DNA of 32,000 bases. Origin: Candidatus Arthromitus sp. SFB-rat-Yit. Its GTDB lineage: Bacteria > Bacillota > Clostridia > Clostridiales > Clostridiaceae. The translations under genes were made by a program, and so were the position numbers. Below, one piece after another: positions 1 through 9,517 of this stretch. The stretch's first letter is position 1. Each line of letters begins with the position of its first letter. Under the pieces are notes generated by a model that searched no databases, had not been told where the DNA came from, and saw nothing but the letters and a program-made list of their open reading frames with translations. The DNA lies in assembly GCF_000283555.1 (NCBI RefSeq), contig NC_016012.1:603517-635516 (forward strand). The letters are read 5' to 3'.

Positions 1-1
1 T

Positions 2-1537
2 AAAGATAATTTACCAGATATTATTGTTAAGAAGAGAAATTTAATTTCTTTAAATGATGCTTTGATAAATATACATTTGCCAAAAAATAAAGAACTACTT
101 ACTAAGGCTATATATAGATTTAAATATCAAGAGCTTATGTATTTTTTTATTAACACAAAACTTTTAAGAGATAAATTGAGTTCAAAAGAGAGTGGAATTA
201 AGTTCAAAATTTTTACTGAAGAATTGATTGAACTTAAAAAAGAGCTTGGATTTCAGTTGACTGGAGATCAAAATAATGCAATAAAGAGAATTTTGATTGA
301 ACAAAAAGGTGATTTTTCAATTAATAGGTTGCTTCATGGGGATGTTGGTTCAGGCAAAACTATTGTTGCATTTATTACGGCGTTCAATGTTTTGTTGAAC
401 GGATATAAGGTTGCATTAATAGTTCCTACAGAAATTTTGGCTGTTCAACATTATGATGAGGCTATAAAATTATTTAAAAAATTTAATATACAGATTCGTC
501 TTTTGGTTGGAAGTGTTAAAGAAAAGCAAAAAAATGAGATAAAGCAGGAGTTGAATGAAGAAACTCCAATTTTATTAATAGGTACCCATGCTATACTTGA
601 AGATAATGTTGAATTTAAAAATTTAGGGTATATAATTTTTGATGAACAACATAGATTTGGGGTGAGTCAAAGGTCGAAACTTATACAAAAAGGGAAAGAT
701 AAAAATTGCGATGTATTGGTTATGACTGCGACTCCAATCCCAAGGACTTTATTTTTGTACATATACAACGGAATGGATATTTCTTCAATTAGAGAGCTTC
801 CATCGAATCGAAAAAAGGTTAACACAATTCATATTAAAAGTGAAGACAAAGAAGCCAAATATAAAATTATGTTAGATGAAATTAATAAAGGTGGACAATG
901 CTATATGGTTTGTCCTCTTATTGAAGAAAATGAAAAAATGGATTTATTTTCTGTTGAGTCGTTGTATGAAGAATTAAAGACATCTATTTTATCTTGTTGT
1001 AATATTGGAATTTTGCATGGGAAAATGAAAAATAAAGATAAAAATGAAGTGATGAATTGTTTTAAAGAGGGATTAATTGATATATTGATTTCTACTACTG
1101 TAATAGAGGTTGGAATTAGTGTTTCCAATGCAACTGTAATGGTAATTGAAAATGCAGAGCGTTTTGGGATTTCGCAGATACATCAACTCAGAGGACGAAT
1201 TGGACGTGGTTCTAAAGAGGGTACATGTATTCTTGTTACTAGCAGTATGAATCCTGTTACTATGAAAAGAATTTCTACACTCCTTGAAAGTAATGATGGA
1301 TTTTATTTATCTGAGCAAGATTTAAAAATAAGAGGTAGTGGAGATGTTTTTGGTTATAAACAGCATGGGAATACGGGATTTGTATTTGCGGATGTTATTA
1401 ATGATGTAGGTATTTTGAAAAAAGTTAAAGAAGATATTGAGTATATGGATCAATTTGATATAGATGAAATAAGAGATTTTTATGATAGTGTTCAAAAAAA
1501 ATTGGATAAAATTGATAATACTATTTGTTTTAATTAA
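2..1537 (+). CDS. recG: ATP-dependent DNA helicase RecG, C-terminal part (5' end lies outside the window)
   Basis: The frame is open from nt 2 (KDNLPDIIVKKRNL...), so the ATG at 62 is internal. SF2 helicase motifs are present: GDVGSGKT (Walker A), FDEQHRFG (DEQH box), MTATPIPRT, QLRGRIGRG. It is followed by rsmD-coaD, as in other Firmicutes. Confidence 0.9.
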   Translation, partial: KDNLPDIIVKKRNLISLNDALINIHLPKNKELLTKAIYRFKYQELMYFFINTKLLRDKLSSKESGIKFKIFTEELIELKKELGFQLTGDQNNAIKRILIEQKGDFSINRLLHGDVGSGKTIVAFITAFNVLLNGYKVALIVPTEILAVQHYDEAIKLFKKFNIQIRLLVGSVKEKQKNEIKQELNEETPILLIGTHAILEDNVEFKNLGYIIFDEQHRFGVSQRSKLIQKGKDKNCDVLVMTATPIPRTLFLYIYNGMDISSIRELPSNRKKVNTIHIKSEDKEAKYKIMLDEINKGGQCYMVCPLIEENEKMDLFSVESLYEELKTSILSCCNIGILHGKMKNKDKNEVMNCFKEGLIDILISTTVIEVGISVSNATVMVIENAERFGISQIHQLRGRIGRGSKEGTCILVTSSMNPVTMKRISTLLESNDGFYLSEQDLKIRGSGDVFGYKQHGNTGFVFADVINDVGILKKVKEDIEYMDQFDIDEIRDFYDSVQKKLDKIDNTICFN

Positions 1538-1547
1538 GGAGATTTAA

Positions 1548-2117
1548 ATGAGAATAATTACAGGTAAAGCTAAAGGGAAAAAACTTATTTCGCCTGATGG
1601 ATATGATGTTACTCGTCCAACTCTCGATAGAGTTAAGCAATCTATATTTAATATAATTCAGAATGAATTAAACAGAGATAGTATTGTTCTTGATTTATTT
1701 GCTGGAACCGGAAGTCTTGGGCTTGAATCTGCTAGTAGAGGAGCTAAAAAAATTTATTTGTGTGATAAAAACGATGTTACCTTTTCTTATTTGGAACAAA
1801 ATATTAAAAATACCGGATTATCAGATTGTGCATTTGCAATAAAAGGAGAGTTTGATGTAAATCTTAGGAGTTTTAAGGGAAAAGAGAAATTTGATTTAAT
1901 ATTTATAGATCCACCATATAACTCAGATTATGTTAATAGAAGTATAAATTTGGTTGACGATTTAAATATTCTTAATAAAAATGGGTTAATAATTGTTAAA
2001 ATATCGAGTTCTGAAAGTAAATTTATAGAGTCTAAAAATATAAACTTAGTTGATTATAGGAAGTACGGAAATACAACTGTATGTTTTTATAGATATAAGG
2101 AGAGTTATAATGAATAA
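1548..2117 (+). CDS. rsmD: 16S rRNA (guanine966-N2)-methyltransferase RsmD
   Basis: SAM-binding motif DLFAGTGSLGLESASRGA and FIDPPY (DPPY) motif. SD AAGGAG at 1536-1541 overlaps the recG stop. The position between recG and coaD is conserved. Confidence 0.85.
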   Translation: MRIITGKAKGKKLISPDGYDVTRPTLDRVKQSIFNIIQNELNRDSIVLDLFAGTGSLGLESASRGAKKIYLCDKNDVTFSYLEQNIKNTGLSDCAFAIKGEFDVNLRSFKGKEKFDLIFIDPPYNSDYVNRSINLVDDLNILNKNGLIIVKISSSESKFIESKNINLVDYRKYGNTTVCFYRYKESYNE

Positions 2118-2598
2118 AGCGATAATACCTGGAAGTTTTGATCCTATAACGCTTGGACACATTGATATAATAGAGCGTTCCCTTAAAATTTTTGATGAAA
2201 TAATGGTATGTGTTTTAGTTAATCCTGATAAGAAAACATTGTTTTCTATAGAAGAAAGAAAAAGATTAATTAATAAATCTATATCCAATCTTAACGATAG
2301 TGACAAAATAAAAGTGGATAGTTATGAAGGACTGTTAATTGATTATATGAATAAAAAAGATATAAATATTATCATCAAAGGATTGAGAGCTTTTTCGGAT
2401 TTTGAATATGAGATACAAATGGCGTTTTTAAATAATAAAATGGCACCTAATATAGAAACATTTTTTCTTATGACAACAGAAAATTTATCGTACATAAGCT
2501 CTTCGTCTATAAAACAAATAGTAAAATTTGGTGGTAATATATCGGGGTTAGTGCCACCTGTTATTGAACAAGATATTATTCATAAAATTTTGGAGTGA
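2110..2598 (+). CDS. coaD: Phosphopantetheine adenylyltransferase
   Basis: MNKAIIPGSFDPITLGHIDII carries the HxGH-type nucleotidyltransferase motif; SYISSSSIKQI lies near the C-terminus. ATG 2110 is preceded by AAGGAG (2097-2102). The ORF-track start at 2050 lies inside rsmD and has no SD. Confidence 0.92.
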   Translation: MNKAIIPGSFDPITLGHIDIIERSLKIFDEIMVCVLVNPDKKTLFSIEERKRLINKSISNLNDSDKIKVDSYEGLLIDYMNKKDINIIIKGLRAFSDFEYEIQMAFLNNKMAPNIETFFLMTTENLSYISSSSIKQIVKFGGNISGLVPPVIEQDIIHKILE

Positions 2599-2602
2599 TT
2601 AT

Positions 2603-3118
2603 ATGGATGTTTTACAGTTATTAGACTATTTACAAGAGGTTATTGAGAATGCCACAGAAATTCCTATAACCGGGAAAATAGTTTTAAATAAGAAGGATAT
2701 ATTGGAATTAATAAAGAAGATTTTGCATGATTTACCCGATGAATTAAAAAGGTCTAAGTGGATAATTAGTGAGAGAGATAGAATAATAGGTGAGGCAAAA
2801 AAGTTTAGTGAAGAAGCAATGAAAGAATCTAAACTCATGCTTGAAAAGGAAATAGAACAACATGAGATTGTGATTGAGGCTAATAATAAAGCAAACAGCA
2901 TTATAGAGATTGCAAAAGGTGAGGCAAAAGCTATAAGAGGTGGGGCAAATGATTATGTTCGTGAGGTATTGAGATCTCTTGTTGAAGATATTGAAAATAC
3001 TAAGAATAATGCTATTGAAACATTGGAATCATTAAACTCAAAGAATATATCGGAAATATCAACTTTTTATGACGATATTTCTTATAGAATAAAAGATGAC
3101 TTAGATAAAATAAAATAA
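2603..3118 (+). CDS. Conserved coiled-coil protein of unknown function (charged, Glu/Lys-rich helical repeats)
   Basis: ATG 2603 follows TGGAG (2591-2595). The sequence is MDVLQLLDYLQEVIENATEIPITGKIVLNKKDILELI... followed by a long E/K/A-rich helical region. No catalytic motif was recognised, so function is not assigned. Confidence 0.6.
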   Translation: MDVLQLLDYLQEVIENATEIPITGKIVLNKKDILELIKKILHDLPDELKRSKWIISERDRIIGEAKKFSEEAMKESKLMLEKEIEQHEIVIEANNKANSIIEIAKGEAKAIRGGANDYVREVLRSLVEDIENTKNNAIETLESLNSKNISEISTFYDDISYRIKDDLDKIK

Positions 3119-3140
3119 ATAGGTTAGTGAGGGATCGATT

Positions 3141-3953
3141 TTGTATAAATTGATAGCTATTGATATGGATGGTACTCTTTTAAATAGTAATGGAAAAATT
3201 TCTGATGAAAATATTTTTGCTATAAAGAGAGCTCTTGATAAAGGTGTAAAGGTAGTTTTTACAACAGGAAGAGGAATTAAAGCAATTACGAATTTTTTAA
3301 AAGAAGTGGGTTTATCAGAAAGAGATGAATATGCAATAACAAACAATGGAGTAGCACTCTATAAAACAAATAATTTGAAATGCTTAAAAGCCAATTTATT
3401 GTGTGGAGATGAATTGAAAAAATTAGTTGATTTGGGTATTGCTTTAAATGCAAAAATACTTGTTTATGATTATAAAACTGAAGAAACAATTGTTTTAGAA
3501 GAAAATGAGTTTTCAGCATTTGAAAGAGATCATATAGGAATGATTGTTCATATTAAACCGAATTTTCCAAATGAAATAAATAATGAAACAAAAGCATTTA
3601 AGATAATTTATACAGAAGAACCATCAAAATTAGATATAATACAAAAAAATATCCCAGATTATATAAGAGAAAATTATACGGTTGTAAGGAGTTTACCTAT
3701 ATGTCTCGAATTATTCCATAAAGCTTCAAATAAAGGAAATGCTATTAGAGATTTATCAAATATTTTTGGAATTTCAAAGGAAGAGGTAATCTGTATTGGT
3801 GATCAGCAAAATGATATAGAGATGATAGAATATGCTGGACTTGGTATAGCTATGGGTAATGCGATAGATAAGTTAAAAGAAATTGCAAATTATGTGACCG
3901 ATACAAATGATAATCACGGAGTTGCTAAAGCTATTAATAAGTTTATATTATAA
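3141..3953 (+). CDS. Cof-type HAD-IIB family phosphatase
   Basis: HAD motif I IAIDMDGTLLNS, motif II TTGRG, motif IV GDQQNDIEMIEYAGLGIAMGNA. TTG start with SD GTGAGGGA about 7 nt upstream. Confidence 0.85.
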   Translation: MYKLIAIDMDGTLLNSNGKISDENIFAIKRALDKGVKVVFTTGRGIKAITNFLKEVGLSERDEYAITNNGVALYKTNNLKCLKANLLCGDELKKLVDLGIALNAKILVYDYKTEETIVLEENEFSAFERDHIGMIVHIKPNFPNEINNETKAFKIIYTEEPSKLDIIQKNIPDYIRENYTVVRSLPICLELFHKASNKGNAIRDLSNIFGISKEEVICIGDQQNDIEMIEYAGLGIAMGNAIDKLKEIANYVTDTNDNHGVAKAINKFIL

Positions 3954-3960
3954 ATTTTTA

Positions 3961-3992
3961 AAATATAGGTTTTTTAAAACCTATATTTTTTT
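3961..3992 (+). terminator. Rho-independent terminator after the HAD phosphatase gene
   Basis: Perfect inverted repeat ATATAGGTTTT/AAAACCTATAT followed by a T7 run, 8 nt after the stop codon. Confidence 0.6.
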
Positions 3993-4001
3993 AAAAATAT
4001 A

Positions 4002-4030
4002 TTGAAATATAATTTGAAATGTGGTATATT
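4002..4030 (+). promoter_or_regulatory. Sigma-A type promoter with extended -10, not followed by any plus-strand ORF
   Basis: TTGAAA (4002-4007), exactly 17 nt spacer, then TGgTATATT (TG at 4022-4023, hexamer 4025-4030). Confidence 0.45.
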
Positions 4031-4036
4031 AATACC

Positions 4037-4200
4037 ATAGTAATGATAATCAATATCAAATAAATTCTTTCTTTTTACTAATTTAAGAATTGTTAGATTT
4101 AATATTGAAGCTAGATTTTATACCTCCAAAATGTAAAATATTTGATTGAAGTATTAAATTCTAACTTAAAAACCTCTGCACATTGTGCGGAGGTTTTTTT
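4037..4200 (+). ncRNA. Candidate orphan small RNA, about 165 nt, from the promoter at 4002-4030 to the terminator at 4171-4200; no family assigned
   Basis: It is bounded by a near-consensus promoter and a strong hairpin plus T7. The only internal ORF is 6 codons (4043-4063) and has no SD. Internal stem AATTCTT (4063-4069)/AAGAATT (4085-4091). A single CCUCC (4123-4127) sits in otherwise AU-rich sequence. Confidence 0.3.
4168..4200. terminator. Bidirectional rho-independent terminator (serves the plus-strand unit and ylbJ on the minus strand)
   Basis: AACCTCTGCAC (4171-4181) pairs with GTGCGGAGGTT (4185-4195): 11 bp including one G-U. It is flanked by A5 upstream and T7 downstream, and the ylbJ stop codon (4199-4201) abuts it. 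Confidence 0.65.
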
Positions 4201-5209
4201 ATATTGTAAATGTGCAAATAAGGAATGTTAAGATAAATGCAATTACAGCTTGTACAAATTTTAGAAATATATATCGATTTATTTTAAACACAGTGTTTTT
4301 ATAAACAAATGAATAGCATTGAAGAATTATACACAATCCACTAAAGCTACAAAAGAAGCTAATAAGTGAAAGTTTTAATTGGATGGATATGTTTGTGTCG
4401 CTTAATAATTTTATACCATTTGTTATTTCAAGAATTCCAATAATGATTGATTTTAATATAGGTAGATCTTTTATTAAAATTTGAGTGTAGAAGTTATTTA
4501 GAATAATTTCTTTTAGAAGTGAAAATAGTATTATAAATCCTCCAACCATTGCACATGTCTTCAATGAATTTTCTAATGAAGATTTTAAAATGTTGCCAAA
4601 ATTATTTTTAGGATTATTTTTTTTAATAGGGATGCTAGTAACCAAGGTTTCATTCTTAGGATATAGTATGAAAGACATTAACAAACAAGATATGTAATTT
4701 GAAAATAATAATATGTATCCTAAAAATTTATTTTCGAGAATTGATACGCCAACAGTACCAATAATAAATAATGGACTAGCATTTGATGCTATATTAGTCA
4801 TGCGGATGAATTCATTTTTTTTGATCATTTGTTGGTTGTACATATCATTTAGATACTTTATTCCCAATGGGTATCCACATATAAAACTTATAAGTAGTGG
4901 GAAAATAGAATTTTTTGAAATCCTTAGTGGTTTGGATATTATAGGACCAAGTAATTTTCCGAAAATATCTATTCCACCATAGTTTATTAAAATATTTGTT
5001 AAAATTAAAAATGGAAATAAAGTTGGAAAGACTGATTTCATAAACAAATCAGTTCCATTTATAATTGAATCAATTGATGATTTTGGGAAAATTATTAAGT
5101 AGGTTATGAGTATTGTTATTATGAATGTTGTTATGGCGTTTATTTTAGATTTTTCAGAGATATAAAAAATTGATAATATCATAACCGATAAAATTAAAAA
5201 TAATAACAA
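4199..5209 (-). CDS. ylbJ: Sporulation integral membrane protein YlbJ family (nucleoside-recognition/Gate domain)
   Basis: Polytopic membrane protein. FPTLFPFLILTNILINYGGIDIFGKLLGPIISKPL...ICGYPLG resembles the YlbJ/Gate-domain pattern. It neighbours coaD/rsmD/ylbM as in Bacillus. The start is uncertain: TTG at 5209, or the ATG 9 codons downstream. Confidence 0.7.
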   Translation of the reverse strand: MLLFLILSVMILSIFYISEKSKINAITTFIITILITYLIIFPKSSIDSIINGTDLFMKSVFPTLFPFLILTNILINYGGIDIFGKLLGPIISKPLRISKNSIFPLLISFICGYPLGIKYLNDMYNQQMIKKNEFIRMTNIASNASPLFIIGTVGVSILENKFLGYILLFSNYISCLLMSFILYPKNETLVTSIPIKKNNPKNNFGNILKSSLENSLKTCAMVGGFIILFSLLKEIILNNFYTQILIKDLPILKSIIIGILEITNGIKLLSDTNISIQLKLSLISFFCSFSGLCIILQCYSFVYKNTVFKINRYIFLKFVQAVIAFILTFLICTFTI

Positions 5210-5290
5210 TTAATTTATCATCCTTTCTTTCGTCTTTATTAATTTTTATGAAAGAAAAAAAATATTATGATATTATAAAATATGAATAAA

Positions 5291-6481
5291 TTAATATTCC
5301 ATAACTGGAGGATGTGTAAAGTCATCGTTAGGTAACGTTTTTTTGCTTAAAATAGAATAAGCTCTTGTGCTTAAAATATCTAATGCTGCTATTGATGAAG
5401 TCTTTTTGTCAAACTTTGAGATTAAATTTATATCGCAAGATTTTTTGATTATGTTTAACAAAGATTTTCCTTTTGAATCAAACCCGATAATCCTGACATA
5501 GTTATGAAGATCCTCAATTTCTTTTATATTATAATTTTCAAATCCTATAAAAAATTTGCAAAGAATTCGACTCAATCTTGAATATGGATATCTTTTTGAT
5601 TTTACATTTAAGATCAAATTATTTAAAGAGTTTGATTTATTAATTTCTGCGTAAAATTTGTTATCAAGTCCTTCGCTTATTTCATTGATTTTTGATAATT
5701 GTTTATTCGTTAAAAGTTTGTATTTTAAATATGGGAACATATCTTCTCTATTTACAAAACATTTTTCAGTGAAAGATTCTTTTAAGATTTTAAAAGTTTC
5801 TTTTGGAACATGATCTTTGATGATAGATATATCAGAATTATTGTTCAAAATATTTCTTATTGATGTTGCAGATGAAAAAATTTTATCTAAAGATCTATCA
5901 TTATAGTTACTTCCGATTCGTTTAATGGGTAGTGCCTTTATCTTACTGTTTAAAATTTTTAAAGATTTGAGATATTCGATTGCTAAAATGTTGTTGGAAC
6001 TTTTCATTAAATTTGTTAAGTTTTCATTTCTAGATTTTTCAAGCACAATTAACTCTTGTACTTTTGCGAATGAATAACCTTTGTTTAAATATTTGGAATG
6101 AATTGTTTTATCTGATTCTATTAAGATATTCGCAATTAAATCTAGGTTTTTTTCATCTGGAATTTCACACCCAAAACAAATGTAATCTACGCATTTTAGA
6201 GAATTTAGGATTTTAATTGCACCATATGAAAAATTTTCTGCAGAAGACAAGGAAATGTGTACAGGTATTTCTAAACATAAATTAACACCATTTTTAATAA
6301 CAGATTCACAACGTTTAAATTTATTTATAATGCTGGGTTCTCCTCTTTGTATGAAATTACCACTCATGATTGAAATAATTATAACATCTTCTGTGTGGAA
6401 TATTTTTTTGATTTGTTCGATTTGATGGAGATGTCCAAGGTGGAATGGATTATATTCAGATATTATGGCAACAACTTTCAC
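5291..6481 (-). CDS. tmcAL: tRNA(Met) cytidine acetate ligase TmcAL (YlbM/UPF0348 nucleotidyltransferase)
   Basis: (M)KVVAIISEYNPFHLGHLHQIEQIK...IMSGNFIQRGEPSII matches the YlbM N-terminus (EYNPFHxGH, SGxFxQRGEP). GTG start at 6481 with AAAGGAG 9 nt upstream. The 28-codon extension in the ORF track is AT-rich and has no SD. Confidence 0.8.
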   Translation of the reverse strand: MKVVAIISEYNPFHLGHLHQIEQIKKIFHTEDVIIISIMSGNFIQRGEPSIINKFKRCESVIKNGVNLCLEIPVHISLSSAENFSYGAIKILNSLKCVDYICFGCEIPDEKNLDLIANILIESDKTIHSKYLNKGYSFAKVQELIVLEKSRNENLTNLMKSSNNILAIEYLKSLKILNSKIKALPIKRIGSNYNDRSLDKIFSSATSIRNILNNNSDISIIKDHVPKETFKILKESFTEKCFVNREDMFPYLKYKLLTNKQLSKINEISEGLDNKFYAEINKSNSLNNLILNVKSKRYPYSRLSRILCKFFIGFENYNIKEIEDLHNYVRIIGFDSKGKSLLNIIKKSCDINLISKFDKKTSSIAALDILSTRAYSILSKKTLPNDDFTHPPVMEY

Positions 6482-6551
6482 TAAAACAAACTCCTTTTTA
6501 AAAATAAATAATAAAAAATATATTATAAATTGTAATATAAAGTAAAATTTT

Positions 6552-6568
6552 AAACATGTAAACATGTA
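6552..6568. repeat. Tandem AAACATGT x2 (two ACATGT palindromes 8 bp apart) in the divergent tmcAL/pta intergenic region
   Basis: Read directly: AAACATGTAAACATGTA. It lies 31 bp upstream of the -35 of the predicted pta promoter. Confidence 0.5.
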
Positions 6569-6598
6569 TTGTTTTGATTTTGTGATTATAGATAATGG

Positions 6599-6627
6599 TT
6601 GAAGAGTGTAGGTAAGTAGTTTATAAT
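6599..6627 (+). promoter_or_regulatory. Predicted sigma-A promoter of pta-ackA
   Basis: TTGAAG (6599-6604), 17 nt spacer, TATAAT (6622-6627), about 40 nt upstream of the pta start. Confidence 0.5.
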
Positions 6628-6668
6628 TGAAGTGAGTTTATATTTTGTTGCTTTGGAAGGAGCTATAT

Positions 6669-7667
6669 ATGAGACTATTAGAAAAAATTATAGAGTCAGC
6701 TAAAAATGATGTAAAAAAAATAATTTTACCAGAAGGAACTGAAGAGAGAACTATTAAAGCTACTGAAAAAATTATTAAGGAAAAAATAGCGAATATTGTA
6801 TTAATAGGAAATGAAGATGTAATTAAATCTAAGGCTAACAGTTTAGGAGTTAATATAGAGGGTGCAATTATAGTCGATCCAATTAAGTCAGAAAAATATG
6901 ATGAATATGTGAATTTATTTTTTGAATTAAGAAAAAATAAGGGTATGACTATTGAAAAAGCTAAGGAAATAGTTAAAGATGAAATATATTTTGGGACTTT
7001 AATGCTTAAAAATGGGGATGCTGATGGGATGGTTTCTGGTGCCGTACATACAACAGCAGATCTTTTAAGACCTGGAATGCAAATAATAAAGACTTCCCCG
7101 GGAACAAAAATTGTTTCAAGCTTTTTTATAATGGATGTTCCTAATAAAAATTATGGTCATGATGGAATATTATTTTTTGGAGATTCAGCAGTTAATCCGA
7201 ATCCAACAGCTGAAGAATTGGCATGTATAGCTATATCTACTGCAGATAACGCTAAAGCTTTAAGTGGGGTAGATCCCAAGGTTGCATTATTATCTTTTTC
7301 GTCAATGGGTAGTGCAAAGCATGAGTTGGTAGATAAGGTTATTGAAGCACATAGAATTGCAAATGAGTTAAGACCTGATTTAATGATTGAAGGTGAACTT
7401 CAATTAGATACTGCGATAGTTGCTGATGTTTGTAAAACTAAAGCACCTAATAGCAGAATTAAAGGAATGGCAAATATTTTAATATTCCCAGATCTTCAAT
7501 CAGGTAATATTGGGTATAAGCTTGTTGAGAGATTAGCTAATGCAGATGCTATAGGTCCAATATGTCAAGGATTTGCTAAACCTTTAAATGATTTATCAAG
7601 AGGGTGTAGTGTGAACGATATTGTAACTATGGTTGCGGTTACAGCAGTTCAGGCTAAAACAAAATAG
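6669..7667 (+). CDS. pta: Phosphate acetyltransferase
   Basis: Typical short-form Pta: ILPEGTEERTIKA, DGMVSGAVHTTADLLRP, FPDLQSGNIGYKL, GPICQGFAKPLNDLSRG. ATG 6669 with GGAAGGAG (6655-6662). Confidence 0.92.
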   Translation: MRLLEKIIESAKNDVKKIILPEGTEERTIKATEKIIKEKIANIVLIGNEDVIKSKANSLGVNIEGAIIVDPIKSEKYDEYVNLFFELRKNKGMTIEKAKEIVKDEIYFGTLMLKNGDADGMVSGAVHTTADLLRPGMQIIKTSPGTKIVSSFFIMDVPNKNYGHDGILFFGDSAVNPNPTAEELACIAISTADNAKALSGVDPKVALLSFSSMGSAKHELVDKVIEAHRIANELRPDLMIEGELQLDTAIVADVCKTKAPNSRIKGMANILIFPDLQSGNIGYKLVERLANADAIGPICQGFAKPLNDLSRGCSVNDIVTMVAVTAVQAKTK

Positions 7668-7711
7668 TTATACACTTTGGAAAAACATAATTATGTTAAG
7701 GAGATAGTGGA

Positions 7712-8908
7712 ATGAAAATTTTGGTTATAAATTGTGGAAGCTCTTCTTTGAAGTATCAATTGATTGATATGGATACAGAAAATGCAATTGCTAAAGGTCT
7801 AGTTGAGAGAATAGGTATATCAGGCTCTAATTTAGAACAAAAAATTGTTGGATCTGATGAGAAGTATAAAGTGGAAGTTGATCTTAAAGATCATAAAGAA
7901 GCTATTGCGTTGGTTTTAGAAACATTATGTGATAAGAGATTTGGATTAATAAAAGACTTAAACGAAATTAATGCTATTGGACATAGGGTAGTACATGGTG
8001 GAGAAAAATATTCTAAATCTGTTATCGTAGATGAAAATGTTATAAAAAATATAGAAGAGTGTATTAAGCTTGCACCACTTCATAATCCTGCGAATCTTAT
8101 AGGAATAAAAGCGTGTAAAGAGTTGATGAAAGATACCCCTATGGTTGTTGTTTTTGATACAGCATTTCATCAAACTATACCAGATAAAGCGTTTATGTAT
8201 GGATTACCATATGAGTTCTATGAAAAATATTCAATAAGAAAATACGGATTCCATGGAACAAGTCATTTCTTTGTTGCAAATGAATGTGCAAAGGCTATGG
8301 GTAAAAATATAGAAAATTTAAAAATAATAACTTGCCATTTAGGTAATGGTGCTAGTGTTAGTGCTATTAATGGCGGGAGAAGTGTTGATACATCAATGGG
8401 ATTCACGCCATTACAAGGGCTTATGATGGGCACAAGATGTGGAGATATAGACCCTGCAGTTGTAACATTTTTAATAAATGAGCTTAATATGAGTGCAAAA
8501 GAAGTAGATGAACTTATGAATAAGAAATCTGGATTTCTTGGGGTTTCAGGGAAAAGCAGTGATTCAAGAGATATTGAGGATTTACAAAAACAAGGCGATA
8601 AGAGAGCGGAATTAACTTTAGAAATGTATTGTTATAGAATTAAGTCTTATATTGGAGCTTACATTGCTGCAATGAATGGAGTGGATGCTATTGTATTTAC
8701 TGCAGGTATAGGTGAAAATTCTCCTATTACAAGATATAATGTTTGTAAAGATATGGAGAATCTTGGAATTATAATTGATGAAAATAAAAATAATGTAAGA
8801 GGAAAGTTGACAGAAATTTCTTCAGATAATTCTAAAGTTAAAGTCTATTTAGTTCCAACGAATGAAGAACTTGTTATAGCGAAAGATACTCAAGCATTAT
8901 TGAAGTAA
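7712..8908 (+). CDS. ackA: Acetate kinase
   Basis: [64 protein letters not shown] upstream. Confidence 0.95.
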   Translation: MKILVINCGSSSLKYQLIDMDTENAIAKGLVERIGISGSNLEQKIVGSDEKYKVEVDLKDHKEAIALVLETLCDKRFGLIKDLNEINAIGHRVVHGGEKYSKSVIVDENVIKNIEECIKLAPLHNPANLIGIKACKELMKDTPMVVVFDTAFHQTIPDKAFMYGLPYEFYEKYSIRKYGFHGTSHFFVANECAKAMGKNIENLKIITCHLGNGASVSAINGGRSVDTSMGFTPLQGLMMGTRCGDIDPAVVTFLINELNMSAKEVDELMNKKSGFLGVSGKSSDSRDIEDLQKQGDKRAELTLEMYCYRIKSYIGAYIAAMNGVDAIVFTAGIGENSPITRYNVCKDMENLGIIIDENKNNVRGKLTEISSDNSKVKVYLVPTNEELVIAKDTQALLK

Positions 8909-8917
8909 TTTTAAATA

Positions 8918-8947
8918 TTGACAATTTATGTAGTAGAATTATATAAT
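8918..8947 (+). promoter_or_regulatory. Predicted sigma-A promoter of the yceD-rpmF operon
   Basis: Consensus TTGACA (8918-8923), 18 nt spacer, consensus TATAAT (8942-8947). Confidence 0.55.
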
Positions 8948-9007
8948 TTATATGATAATTTAATGTTTAGTCACACATTGGACTATTAAGTGAGGTTAAA
9001 TTAAATC

Positions 9008-9517
9008 ATGCAGATAAATTTGAGAGAATACAAAAAGAATAAGGTTTTAAAGAGGGATGAAGAGTTTTCTATTCCATTACAGGATCTTAATGTTTATGAT
9101 GGAGAAGATTTTAAATTTGTTGATGATATTAGGGTTAAGGCGAATGTATTAATTTCTGATGATTTGATACAATTTAAATTTGACATTCATACGAAATTTA
9201 GTTTTAATTGTTCCAGATGTCTAATTGAATTTATTAAAGATTTTGATTTAAAGTGTGACGATGAGATGTTATTAAATAATTTGGATGAGGATATTATTTT
9301 AGATTCCGACCAAAATTTAGATTTTAAAGGTTATATAAAGAATTGTGTAGTTGTTAGTATACCTCAGAAAAAATTATGTAAGGATGGTTGTTTGGGTTTA
9401 TGTCAAAAGTGTGGCGTAGATTTAAATAATAATAAATGTAGTTGTGAAAAGGAAGAGTTTAGCAATGCATTTTATAAGTTAAAAGAAATTTTTGCAGATT
9501 TTAAGGAGGTGGAGTAA
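9008..9517 (+). CDS. yceD: DUF177 / YceD family protein (large-subunit rRNA accumulation protein)
   Basis: C-terminal Cys cluster CKDGCLGLCQKCGVDLNNNKCSC. It sits immediately upstream of rpmF and overlaps it by 1 nt (TAATG), the canonical yceD-rpmF arrangement. Confidence 0.85.
   Translation: MQINLREYKKNKVLKRDEEFSIPLQDLNVYDGEDFKFVDDIRVKANVLISDDLIQFKFDIHTKFSFNCSRCLIEFIKDFDLKCDDEMLLNNLDEDIILDSDQNLDFKGYIKNCVVVSIPQKKLCKDGCLGLCQKCGVDLNNNKCSCEKEEFSNAFYKLKEIFADFKEVE

Noticed and set aside
4043-4063. Six-codon mini-ORF (MIINIK) inside the candidate sRNA.
   Set aside because: It has no SD and is too short and AT-biased to support as a coding or leader peptide. It is noted only because it is the longest ORF in that unit.
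5224-5257. Hairpin TTTCTTTC/GAAAGAAA between tmcAL and ylbJ that could occlude the ylbJ SD on the minus-strand mRNA.
   Set aside because: It has only 8 AU-rich base pairs with an 18-nt loop, so stability is marginal, and there is no adjacent U-run. This is not enough to call a regulatory element.
6570-6600. Rex- or cre-like operator in ATTGTTTTGATTTTGTGATTA upstream of pta.
   Set aside because: It is not palindromic and does not fit TTGTGAA-N4-TTCACAA/TTGTTAA-N4-TTAACAA or the cre consensus TGWAANCGNTNWCA.
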